This document shows positions 13,101 through 23,963 of a stretch of DNA of 64,000 nt, one piece after another (position 1 is the first letter of the stretch; every line of letters begins with the position of its first letter). The DNA lies in the NCBI GenBank assembly GCA_010093705.1, contig MU006089.1:2591561-2655560 (forward strand), in the 5' to 3' direction. The notes below the pieces were generated by a model. The model was not told where the DNA came from, ran no database searches, and saw only the letters and a program-made list of their open reading frames with translations. Both the position numbers and the translations under genes were made by a program. The DNA comes from Patellaria atrata CBS 101060 (Eukaryota).

Positions 13101-13610
13101 CCTCCGTATCTACCTCCGTGGCAAGGCACTCCTCGCGAAGAATCTTGGCCACATGTCATCGACGTCATATCTCCCGGCCGCAAACTCGCTGATGACGGAA
13201 AAGACGTGCCGGCCTATCCTCCGGCAGATATGGAAATCGAGGGCAACAGTGCCCCTGATAGCGTCTTGCAACGCATCACGTTCATCTCATGCGGCTATGC
13301 GCAAGTCGGACTGGTGGACAATCTTCGACGCATTAGGAGTAGCCAGGACCCTTACCTGAAGCATAGGTTCAGAGAAGACTTCTTCCGCAGACGGTATTTT
13401 ATGCTTGACAGTTGCATGATGAAAGTTAGCGAGAGGTACTTTGGATATATTGTCCAGCACATGCCGGATTCGGAACTGGAACGTTTGGCGGCTGTGTGGG
13501 ATTTGAGAGAGGGTTGGGATGATGCTGAAAAAGCGGAAGAGGCCAAGTTTGATGGTCTGCTACCCGGAGGAACAGGAAGGTTCTCCGGAGTTGTGGAAAG
13601 GGTAATCTGA
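10134..13610 (+). CDS. Large F-box domain protein
   Basis: Uninterrupted ORF of more than 1100 codons with the F-box motif KLPTEVYENICDYLSRDDLKAMRLSCSEF and LRR-like segments (FPHLENLILSNCW, LKELTLDSVSL). The start is uncertain: ATG 10134/10137 or 10749 (MPCLLRSS). Confidence 0.8.
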   Translation: MMSESPRGSTDNTGFSHSLLPSTNPTDEYITQGALDTFVSSNSGLYPELTNTVSHKNPQITRPNTNFCSVNNFHAPTSMIFSNSTQSAQFNSIKSSSYHPHAQGKGEVAAGYGSDIALNSPISRSTRQNNSTSSFPIGMLETPSAGQGPASSGRTGGTLHLSHNGFAAQSRPLSPALYHASLPIFKILRLLPPDSYLTLRTITQEMPCLLRSSRTASQTSDNHSWQIQGPNYEPPCIHRPSPEVTFSIQEEEGLRSDDDNELGLNGVLLPPDSDSDSSDDDGSLSEPPGVAQSSNPTNALHLGVGIPSRAIPYPGYRHLSKLRRPESERPDPASSMLLYSLQSPLARGSDVWPNVRDPSNMPAEYWPIEFKRPDQTVGMQSLVDQNNKTFGKVWAEHDGVLPFKSNVIWPMKKLPTEVYENICDYLSRDDLKAMRLSCSEFDRMMAQVLFETAVVPFNTEIYDMVKSDQLTVRDVKGKDKSTHEKPSEPYDGDLVWMNEKQDDIYSGPGVDVFKGFGHRIKRFGMSFEVNGNVLARPPSKGSRDLHSSFWGEYEWPFEEYQRYEAIAGLEHAADESPKMRTAFSYLTGVKHLALSLDSGLGWLNGPDLSIHAKVFRRPPPVFYSQRRCPERKLEAQKQLWDYLSRSHTEAGLKLQHATLYKQELHYFEFQQFKSFIRNTQRLSSSSYLDSRLIVDSNVDDSSEEFGESFEAEDGAEGKARANMTIPKESQGVLYTMATISNARDRQLYRKPRFTPGTLSSAQIEWLLETDWAQRAFLSSYMLAVMDNPPIFASIRSLTFARLSSQFLPLLMRNDFWDALSSLNTFSLNVIPIWRHIMKDEAGYVTSQAINPSHSITPCYLFLSTIIAPRSNIKHLTVGWADGGENAQGLFSRNMHLLPSPVISREHSLSEEDEFEMVHFPHLENLILSNCWLGSSALMSLVNIHKTMSLKELTLDSVSLAIWPPPEPGQTLATGLPGVYLQHHATGPAQPPYLPPWQGTPREESWPHVIDVISPGRKLADDGKDVPAYPPADMEIEGNSAPDSVLQRITFISCGYAQVGLVDNLRRIRSSQDPYLKHRFREDFFRRRYFMLDSCMMKVSERYFGYIVQHMPDSELERLAAVWDLREGWDDAEKAEEAKFDGLLPGGTGRFSGVVERVI

Positions 13611-14122
13611 ATGTTGTGAGACAGGGGATGTCGTACAATGCCATGAGATCATGTTAATGGGGTTGATGATTTTATGGATGATGATCATGACATGATGATT
13701 GATCGAGGTCATCATGTTCTTCTGAGGGAGAAGTATTTTGGCACGGGAAAAGCAATGCTTGTGACTGGGCGGCTAATGCCAGGGAAGGATAATTGCGTGT
13801 TGCTATGGAGGGACTCTTGTGTTGCTTACCTGGATGCTTGTTTATGGCGACTTGGTGGTCTTCTGATTATACTGCGACGACCTGGAGTTTATCACATTGT
13901 AGAGGTGTGGAATCAATCCTCGCGGACCACGATATGACAAGCGCAAGCATGCTTACGGTACAATGGTACCGCTACTGTTATGTTAGAATTCAAATAGCAA
14001 ATCAATCAAAAGCGAATCTTTAACATCAACTTCGTGAGTACTACAACTGCAATGATCGAGATAGTTTTCAATACTACCATTTCAGGATAGGCTCACCCGC
14101 TCATAGACTTCCCCTTTACTAG

Positions 14123-16886
14123 CTAACCCATCTCCACATCCACAGTCGTTTCTCCTTCGCCATACTCCACCCCCTCAAAATCCAGATCATAGACCCGGTA
14201 CCTCTTCGAATCCTTCCCAAGAACTACAAGAACTCTTCGATCCTTTCGTCCGTTCACATCTAGGCTAATGGGTGTAAAGCCTTCTTCTTTAGTGAAAGTA
14301 TGCCGGACATACGGCGTCAGACTGTTTAGTTCTTGCAGATCAACCACGGGACGCGCGGATGAGTCGTTAGCCTTGCCGTTAGGTAGGGAAGCAACGGTAC
14401 GGGATGCATAAGGTGGTCCTTGTGGGAGAGTAGCGCGGTAGGTGATACGGATGAGATAGCTTGCTTCTATAGTGAAGGTTAGTACGGTTGTGTTCGATGT
14501 GAATGGTCGGGTAGAAGATTACCGTTGGAGTGAAGGATCAAGAGAAGGAAGACGTCGTCAGCGAATTTCACGTCTTGGATGGAGCTTTCAGTGGGGAAAG
14601 TGAAAGTCACAGCGGAAGCCGAGTGGAGGGATGAAGCGGAGTTGAAGAGCGGAGCGTGGATTAGGCGGTGGAGACGAACTGCAGCGGGTTAGCGGTTCCT
14701 GGTGAGGTGGAGTGGTTGGAGGACTCACGCTGGTGTGGAGAAGATCTGGGGACGAGCGCTATATAGGTAGTCATTTGGTTAGAGTCCTTCAGGTTCTGGT
14801 TATAATTTTAGTAGCTGTTTTACGTTAAGTATCAATAGAGAACCTACCTCATACACCATTCGCGAGTCCTGGGCATCTGGGATCTCGTCTTCCTCCAGTA
14901 TCAGACCGTAATTCATTGTTGTGCTTGTAAGCTGGAAAGACGTGATTTGTATAAAGATCCGGTTGCTTTGCGCTTCCAGGTCGAGAAATTGAGCCCATAG
15001 CGAGACCACTGCATCATTGTACAGTGCTCCCTCCGAATGAAAACTCAGCGCCTTTCTCACGTCCTCATAGGTCGGAGAGTCTGTAGGTCGGACAGGAGGC
15101 TTCAGGAAGGGTATCAATTTGCTATTAGTCATACCTTCCGAAACATATCTCAAGATATCAGTGTAACTAGCACCAATATCCTGTTCTGCAGTCTCCTCAG
15201 CTGATGCAGACTCAGGGTCTGCGGCTTGAATGTCGATCTCCCTCCGAAGCCATTTAGAGAAACCGATAAAACCTCGTTTTTCATCCGCAGCGTAGGTCAA
15301 TAGGTGGTGAGCAATGAGCCGCTGGCACCGGGTGTTCTCCATTATTTCGGTAAAAGCTCTGCTGGGTACGTTGAATATCGCGTCTGATTCGTTGTATTTT
15401 GCTAGTCCTCGAAGTCTACTAGCCACAATGCTGCATCGATCAAGAGCAGGAAGGAGATTCTCGTGAGTGAGCTCAATGATTTTAGTGTACCCCTGGACAA
15501 CAGCATGATCCCATCGTTTATGACCCTTTTAGCCTTAGCATTCATTTCTCTCTATTGTCAGACGCATATCTCACCTACGCTTTCGGTCAAGATATCCACC
15601 AACCACTCCTTGATCGATGGAGGGCAATTGCCTGTGACAGCTACGTGATACAGGTTTTGGATCAATGTCCCTTCATTGTTGTCCTCAAGAGTTTGATTTA
15701 TGTTTCTCATGAATCTAGAGGGTAGATCTTGAGCTTGAGCCCAGTGGACACTGATGCAACGCAGACATTGTCTGATATAACGTAATAGATTCTGTAACTG
15801 TGCCGTTTTTGTAGCTACTACATGTGCATTGAGACCTGCCGTGGATACGAATCCAAAGGAAAGCGGTGCAAGTGCTGTTTGGTGAATATTCTTTGCTTTA
15901 TCGGAAACCTCTAATAAAATATTGTGACTACAAGTATAGGGATGAAAGGTATGAAGAATAGGCTTGCATATCTCGAGACCCCACTGCCGCGACAAATCGA
16001 ACTTTCCAAGTTGAAGAGAGTCGTAGAGCATAGGGGTGATGACACCATCTTTCTGGCAAACGACTAACGTATCAACGGCGTTATGATCCTTTGAATGCGG
16101 AGAGTGGAAAACAGCATCTATAGACGGTTGTGTTGTAAAAACTTCCGGAGTACTATCGCCAGGAGGTAAGTGCAGACCCATCACCATAGGAGGTAGTGAG
16201 ATGATGGGAAGCTTTGGTAATAGAGTTTCAACATCTAGTAGAGCAATCTGATCAGGAAGATCCGGTTTGATATCGAGAGCTTTCACGTTGAGATGCCTTT
16301 CAAGAAAATCGTCTAGAGAGACACCATTCTTCTTTTTATCCCAACCATCAGTATAGACTGGTAAAGAATCATTCAAATTGACGTTGGTAGGCTGTCCAGA
16401 CGTCTCTGTACGGCCCTTTACAATATCAACATCGCTGAAGTTAACCGCAAATCCTAGACAGGTAATCGGTGGTACAGCCTGATCGTACTCGAAGCCTTTA
16501 CCAGTAATTGCGGTATGCTGCACAACTTTGCCAGTCTCGGATGAAACTATGTCTACAGTACCGTCGTCCCAAGCAACAGCAAGAAAACGACCTTGATCAC
16601 TACAGTCAGCAGAAGTAATAAAACGAAGTTGTGATTTGCGTCAAGAGAGAGAGAGAATCTCACCATTGAACTTCCAGCATAGACCTGTCACTTTAACAGT
16701 TTCGTCTTTTGGCTTTAATGCGAAGGCGCGTTGGCCACTGAGTCTGTAAATATCGACGTACTCCTCCTGCGTAACAATTGCCACTAAGTCCATTGTAGGA
16801 CAATATTTGATGAAGTAAGGATACACAGGTTGTGGCAAAGCTTTTTCAGCCTGCAGCATTAATGCTGAGGCCTTTAACTGCTCCAT
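14123..16886 (-). CDS. APC4: Anaphase-promoting complex subunit 4 (Apc4/Cut20/Lid1)
   Basis: N-terminal ANAPC4 WD40-type sequence YCPTMDLVAIV...IYRLSGQR...LCWKFNG|RFLAVAWDDG. The helical domain has LQNLLRYI, DLPSRFMRNI, LYHVAVTG...IKEWL and SRLRGLAKY. Multi-exon with GT-AG introns. Confidence 0.88.
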
Positions 16887-17232
16887 CGAAGTCGGGTCGT
16901 ATTTCCAGCAAGTACGCTGCTGATTATGCTGTTATGAGGTGTGGTGTTGGTAGAACCGCGTTGGTATCCCGAAGACGCGTCAAGATTCGAGGTACAAAGT
17001 ACTTTGCTCCAGCATAATACATGCATGAAATCATCACGAACTGATCAAGAATATGAATTAAGCACGAGATAATAATTATATTCTGACAAGTTGTTGAACT
17101 ATCCGTTTCATTATTGTTCTTTTCATATTCGTTTAAGGTAAATCTATCTCTCTACTGCGGCTTAAATATGCAGCTTTCGACTACTTCCTTTCCATAGCCA
17201 GCCTTTGTAGTTTGACGAGACTACTAAATACT

Positions 17233-18997
17233 CTACACAACCAAATACGAGTCTGCAACGGACTTGACGTCCCTTGAAAACGAGATATCCTGGTTCTCAT
17301 TGAGTAGGGAAACTGCGGATACCTGATAGAAATAGTTAGTCGAGTTCAAATATGTGTAGGGTAAAACTTACATCAATATCGACATATGGCTTTGTTTTGG
17401 TGAATCGCACAGACATGGGAAAGAATGAACCTTCGCTATCTGACAGTGCTTCGAATTCGAAAGATCCATTCGCGTTGCCGTCGTCTACAGCTCCAATATT
17501 CCAGTCCAAACTATCCCCCGAGACTTCGTATACCGCATCGTAGCTGGAGACTGACGGTTCGTTGTCCTGGTATGGTATCGTAATGCTAACATCCTGAAGA
17601 GGGTCTCTTCCTGTCCATTCGTACTCTATAGTCACATTGAACGTATTTCCACCAGCATCATTTACCCACACGGTAAATGTTATGGGCAAATCTTCGACCT
17701 CCTCAGCTTTGGGAGCGAGCCTCCAACGCATAACAGCGATAGAGTTTTTGGCCGGAAACCCTTTGGATATATCTGCCAGTTGAATGGCTTTGTTATTTTT
17801 GAATACGGTTTTGTCCACCTTCGGGTGGGCATTTAACTGGGCGCCCCGGTTATTACCAATGGCAAGGTCAAGCTTGACTTGTGTCAAGGCAGGGTCTGTA
17901 ATCCGCAGTTGAAGATCCCCCTTCACCTCAAAATGCTCGAGACTGCCCTCCCTACTTAGTTTAGCAGATATCGACTCGGCAATTGTGATGTGGACAGCCT
18001 CCCGATCGGTTCCAGTTGATGTCCTTGGTGCAGCCACAGCGGGTGCTGGAGCGGCCGCAGAGCTTGGAGTGATGAGTGGAGTACTGGCCTCAGCTTCTAA
18101 ACCTAATTCACCTTTCACCTGCTCAAACATATTCGTAGTTTTTGATTTCTTTCCCAGTTGCATTCCTTTGCCTCTGATAGCGAGCGACCTGAAAATGTCA
18201 GTAATGAGAGGGACGTGAAGCCGAGGGATACTAACTTGGGTTTTGTCTTTTCTGCATTGTAGCTATCGTAGCTGTCTGTAACATTAGTCGTAGCCGGGGG
18301 AGTATATGTTGGATAACTTGGAGTCCTAGGCACAGCAGATCGGCCGCTTCTTGCCATTTCTTTGCGCTGCATCTCAATTTGTTTAGCCTTTCTCTTTCGT
18401 TCCTCGGTAGCCTCCAGTTCCTTGTTCTATATCTTGTGTTAGCAGATATCCCACCACAACAATACAAACACTCCAGGACATACTCTAGCAATTATTTCCT
18501 GAATCCTCTCCTCGTGACTTTCCATATCTAAGAATGTCTTAATCTGACTCAAGCTGAGGTTCTCACGATATCCTAGGGTAACTAGCTCATCGAACGCGCT
18601 GAGGAGCTCGAAGGCATTTCTTAAGATTTCCCTCTCATCCAAGCTCTTACAAATGCTGGACACGACCTGGGCAAAAAGGTGTAAAGAGTCGATATCTTGG
18701 AGAATATTGGATTGGCGATTCGTTATGAGGACCATATAAAGCTCATCAAGCGGCTGATACACGTAGCGTACATTGTCTTGCTCCACAGTTGTATGTTGAG
18801 TTCCCGAGTCAGCCAATTTTGGAAATGATGCAAGCAATGCTTCAATTCGAGATCTTTGCATCTCACGAAACTGCCGGGAGAGCACTGCTTTGCCACCACG
18901 TGTGCATATTGACGCCGCGAGGACAACCTAGGGAGTCATATAACATTAGCACTGTCCTGTTGATGGGCAAGAGGGTTCAGTGAAGCGAATTTACCAT
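17233..18997 (-). CDS. RET2: Coatomer subunit delta (delta-COP, Ret2)
   Basis: M|VVLAASICTRGGKAVLSRQFREMQRSRIEALLASFPKL, VRYVYQPLDELYMVLITNRQSNILQDI, MESHEERIQEII, GKGMQLGKKSK and a C-terminal mu-homology domain. Four introns; stop TAG at 17233-17235. Confidence 0.97.
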
Positions 18998-19487
18998 GAT
19001 TGTAGATAAGACCAGATGTGAGGCGTGAGAAAGCAATGGTTTGAAGAACCCTTAAATGTACCAGTTTCGAGTAGTATTTCTCTTTGGGTGGGTGCGCATT
19101 CAATACCAACAGCTCGGTGTTCACAGTTCACACATTTCCAAAATACGGTTGACTAACCCTACCGTTTATGCTAGGCTGCATTCGGCAAGCGGAGCCATCT
19201 TTATTTGATCAAATCCGTTTGCCTTCATTTATCTAACCAGCTCACACCTTCTCTCAATCTCTCAACTACAACCACAACAACGCATCACCTTGTTGTGACC
19301 TTTGACCCTAATCTCTTTCACTTCCCTCTATCGCAGTCTACTAACACTACAGCATCCATTCACTCAACGAAGCGTTCACCCAGCTCACCCTACCACAACT
19401 TAAGCCTCTCTTACCCTGCTCCTGCCTCGCATCGCATCGTTATCGCGACGCGTTTTGAGCGCGTGTCCCATCACCCGGGTTTATTGC

Positions 19488-22065
19488 ATGGCCGCTCAAA
19501 GCCTTAGCACTATGGACTTACCGGTCCCCGAAGATCAAATGGAAATATCCTCTGATATTGGACGAGGAGATGAGGATATGGACTTTCAATTAGACCTTTT
19601 CTACGGCACGGATAATGATCAGGAAATGGCAGAAAATCCCGAGGCAGGACTAACACTGTCAGGGTACCAGAATGGTACCCAAACCTACCAGGAAGAGGAG
19701 CTCCATTTCGATGACGATTTGGAGGCAGTGGATGCAGGGAACATCCGTGATGAGGATCTTGCCGATGCAAGTGAACTTGGTCAAGAAGACCAAGACCTTA
19801 CCGTCGTCGAAGACCATCCTGCTGTGAACACTGCACCAGCCAGTATATATGACGACGCTCAAGTTGATCATATTCTTGGGATGGAGGAGCTTTCTGGCCT
19901 AGCAAGCCAAGAAGGTCAGTGGATAGATAGCTTAGGCTTTGAAATGACCGCTCATACTGACAACTCTTCGGTAGCTGCTAAGTCTGTGGACCTCGAACCT
20001 GTTCCCGGGACTGAAGTCCCCACTGCCCAACCAAGCGGAGATTGCCTGATAGTTGAGCATGGGAAAGCAGAATCGACTCACACGCCCCTATATCCCGAAG
20101 GCCATGAGGATGGCAAGGAATACTCAGGCCTAGATGAGCAACGTGATTGTGCTCAAATCCCCGCTGGTGATGAGCCTCGGCTGACACCTCCTCAATCCGA
20201 TATTGCCAAGTCTGAAGTCGAAGAACGAGTCCTCGAAACTGATGTACAACCTCAGGATTCATATCCAAATGGTTCCCAGTGGGAATTCCAGGAGGACGAA
20301 CACAACGACGGTGATGGGCAGGGGTACTCATACGATGACCAAGATTATGACGCCCAGGACCACGCAACTTCACCCACTCTATCGAACGTGTATCTTTTGA
20401 CACTCATATATAAAGACAATCAGATTTCCCTGTTTCCTCAACCAGATCAAGATTACTTTCTGCAGGATGCGTCCATCGTAGACAAAAGCATCGAAAACTT
20501 TTTCAAAGCATGCCGGGAAATTCTAGGTAATACTGTGACGGAGGTGGAGCAACTGGATATCAATATTCCCCAGCTCGGCGTTTCAATTGATGAAGTAAGC
20601 TCTTCTTACATAATTCACGGGAGATGTTCTAAAATGTTAACAGGATTGCGTACATGCTGGGAGCACATCCCTTTCTGATATACTAGATGTATATACGCAG
20701 CTGCATCTAAACGACGGCAACGATGATCCGGGACGCCTCTTTATGACACTATCTACTAAAACTAGATTCTCTTCTCAGCTGAATGAACTGCAACAAGCAG
20801 TTACAGATGGTAAAGGTATAAGTCAGGTAATATTTCCTGGAACGTATGACGGGTGGGAGCGCGAAGAAGATGAAACAGCGCACGCAGACAATACAGAGGG
20901 TCAGTTTTCTCCCGTTGAAGAGGATCCCGAAACAGAGGATCCAGGTGAATATCCACCTGCAATAGTAGAAGACGCTGTCAAGGAGGATGAGATTATTTCT
21001 CGCAAGGAAGGAGAAGGAGAAAAGATTTTGAACTTGCAAGCGACTGAAATAGATCAACCAGAAACAGAGTCCAGATACCAAACTGAAACTCTTCGGCAAG
21101 AGAATCCTAATAGACAGGAGAGCGAACCGGAAGTGCGAGTTCGCAACGAAGACGAGACTGGCGGTTCCGAAATCGAGCCCGAGTATCTTATTGATTACGG
21201 AGATTCTGATGACGAAGATTTTCCCGAGCGGGAAGCCGAAGCTACAACTCACGCGGAAGCGACATCTGGATCGGCAACGATTCAGGGTGATGGTTCGCCC
21301 CCTGTAGAGTGTAAGGTTCAGCCCGATTTCACTTTTTCAGACGACAACACTAATTGGTTGGACGAAGCATGGGCTGAGGCTGACCCTCGGGATGCGCCTG
21401 AAGACATCACGCAATCAGAAGTACAGGAAGCTGTTCCTGATCATGGAGTTGAGCACCACCAGGATCAAAATTCAGGCGAGTATGACGACAATTTCTGGAA
21501 CGAACTCACGGCCGAATCAGGATCCACTTACGAGGACATTCTGGATCCACAGGAGTATGAAGGCTCCCAAGCAGGTCGCCCTATTGAACACGAAGCAGAA
21601 GTACATGAGCAAGATGAAAGCCAAAAACAGGAGCAAAACAAACCCACGACCTTCCCAGAGGACGCCAGCAAAAGCCATTCTGAGGAAGGGATTGATGAAT
21701 TTCCTATTTTGGAAGAAAACGCACCTTCCAACTTTGAAGATCATGATCAACAAAATCTCGAAAACGAAAACTTCGAGTTCAATGAAGAACATGGAGCTAT
21801 TGACTCTTTTCATGAAGATACGCATTCCCATGAGTTACCTGAGCGGGCCAATGCTCACATCCGTTCCCGAACCTATGACGACGATCTTGATGAAATCAAC
21901 TATAGCGATTCTGAAGATGAAAACCCTAATCCGCCTGCGATGACGGGAGAAAAACATCAGCATACCGGCTCACCACCTAACAAACGTTCGCGGAGCGATC
22001 TTGGAGAAGGTGATGAAGATGACTTCGACATCGAAATCGATGTCAAACGTATCCGCTCGGATTGA
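19488..22065 (+). CDS. Acidic, largely disordered protein with central DUF2420 (Rmr1-like) domain
   Basis: ATG 19488. Intron 20595-20643 joins the two long ORFs in frame. The globular core reads YKDNQISLFP...YFLQD...FKACREILG...SLSDILDVYTQLHLND...LFMTLSTKTRF, and the C-terminus is NLS-like (KRSRS...KRIRSD). Confidence 0.75.
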
Positions 22066-22195
22066 ACATAGGACCTTTTTGGGGACCCATATATTTCACC
22101 AAGTCCCTGTTCTGCAAGAGGTTAACCCCATTTTCCCTTTTATGAGATCCCACTACAAGCCTTAGTAGTGAATGCTTCTTTAGTGGAGTATTGAG

Positions 22196-22283
22196 TTTCC
22201 TTGTTCCGGATTTTCATATCTTCTTCCTCCGGATATCCGTGGTTTCTCTTTCCGGATTTTCTAGTTTCTTTCCTCCGGATTTC
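22196..22283. repeat. Imperfect tandem repeat with four TCCGGAT cores
   Basis: gtttccttgttccggattttcatatcttcttcctccggat is followed by gtttctctttccggattttctagtttctttcctccggat. Confidence 0.7.
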
Positions 22284-22538
22284 TCTAACGTTCGGGTTTC
22301 ATCTTCCCCTATAACCCTAATCAGATGCTCCAGGTAACATCTACAGCTACTACTAACCGCAGGATCGAAAGTTTACAGCGGGGGGGAGGAACTTTCTCTA
22401 AGTGGAGGGTTTTGCGAGGCTTGTAGCAAAGTTGTAAGTATCCCCCCGCCCCTTAACTGTGAATCACACGTAATATATCCGACCTCAACTCTGGATGGTA
22501 CCTCTGGCCGTCGAATCTTAATCGAGCATAGTATTATA

Positions 22539-22670
22539 GCCATCACTCCAAAGGATATGGAGTTTGGTGTTCAGCTTCCCGAGGTTTCTAGTTTTTTAGT
22601 GGTTTGGCATCACCTCCCAATGGCTGTGGAGTTCGGTGCTTAGCCTTCGAAATTTATATTCTTAGCAGGT
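22539..22670. repeat. Diverged two-copy tandem repeat, unit about 67 bp
   Basis: gccatcactccaaaggatatggagtttggtgttcagcttcccgagg... aligns with ggcatcacctcccaatggctgtggagttcggtgcttagccttcgaaa... Confidence 0.6.
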
Positions 22671-23963
22671 CTTAGTTATTCGTTTTCCGTCATCGCGAAG
22701 GACATGTCATTAATATTTCGGTTATAGTCCACGGAGCATTTGAGAAGGACATATGGCGCAAGGTGGAATTAGCGATACCCCAGATATCTTCGGAAGTTGG
22801 TCGAGTCTTGTTTTACTACGGAGAGATATGGATCACTTTTCAATTTCTGTATTACTGTCAATCAAAAGCCAACTTTTCCCCAGTAGCGTCACGTCAAGTT
22901 TGAATAGTGCGTGATGGTAGTCATGATCATAACCATGTTCTTAGAACCCTTAGGCAGAGGGGTGATGATGCGCTTGCTGTGATATCAATAGCATATTGTC
23001 AACCTGAGGTTTCGGCTGATTTGAATTAGAACAGTAGCTAATTCTTTGTCCTAGCTTGTCATTTTCCGGTACATCATAGCAGATGTAAGACTGTATCTTT
23101 GAAAGGAAGTGTGCTGTACTGTACTGTACCGTACAGTAACAGTGCATTGGACACGAGCTCAAGACGGGACAGGGGAAAAGATACGATCGATCGTAATCGT
23201 ATTGATAAAGAAAGCCCTACCTTGTCTTTCGTGGCGTGTACAAAAAAGGATTAGGGTGAGACTGAAAATAGAGAAAAAATCGAAAGTTGAGTAAGTTGAG
23301 TTGAGTACCTGCAGATCAGATCACGGCGCGGACCAAGGGGACCACAGCCCAGCTCGCCCAGTTGAGCCCTTGAGCCCTGAAAGCAGCAGCGCACATCTCG
23401 ATGACAACGGAACCTAAGGAGCTCTCCTGAACTTTTTCTTGACTACTACAACCTCAAGAAGTCTCTCAAATTCAACTTTCATCTCAACAATTAACCCTTT
23501 CAATACGCTCCCTCCTTGACATTCGTTAGAGCGCGGCTTTTGTATCCTGGCTCTCTGCAGCCTGCAGCACGCAGAACATCAAAGGTTTCTAGGAGCGTTT
23601 GGTGAAACATCAATAGCTTTGAACACCTAAACCTCGACTCGTGCAAAACCTTTATACAACTCTCGCTATCTTCCATTCATTCATTCATTCATTTATTCGC
23701 ATATTCTCCGAGTCGAAAACATCGTAGCGCAAACCTTTCCCCGCCACCGTCATCACCTTCTGGTCTTCGCTCAAATCGCCGCTCGCTCTTTCCTTCACCC
23801 TGTCGATATCGATTGCCGCATCCATACCTTAACGTCCACCTCAGTTTTCACCAGCCCGCCACCTTTTGCGCTACATACAATCGAAACGCATAGGTTAGAA
23901 CATTGAGGTCGCAGTATATTCTTTAGTATATAGCACGAGGGTCTGGAAGACCCGGTGGGCGAA

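Noticed and set aside
13670..13730. ATGATGA...CTGA resembling box C/D snoRNA boxes
   Set aside because: Spacing is too short, there is no terminal stem, and it lies in an ATG/GAT-repetitive 3' UTR.
9686..19453. ACGCGT (MCB) sites at 9686, 16975 and 19448, near the RING/F-box, APC4 and DUF2420 starts
   Set aside because: A 6-mer is expected about every 4 kb, so single sites are not evidence of cell-cycle regulation.
23110..23700. (TGTAC)n and (CATT)n short repeats
   Set aside because: Ordinary microsatellites; no spacer structure, so not CRISPR-like.
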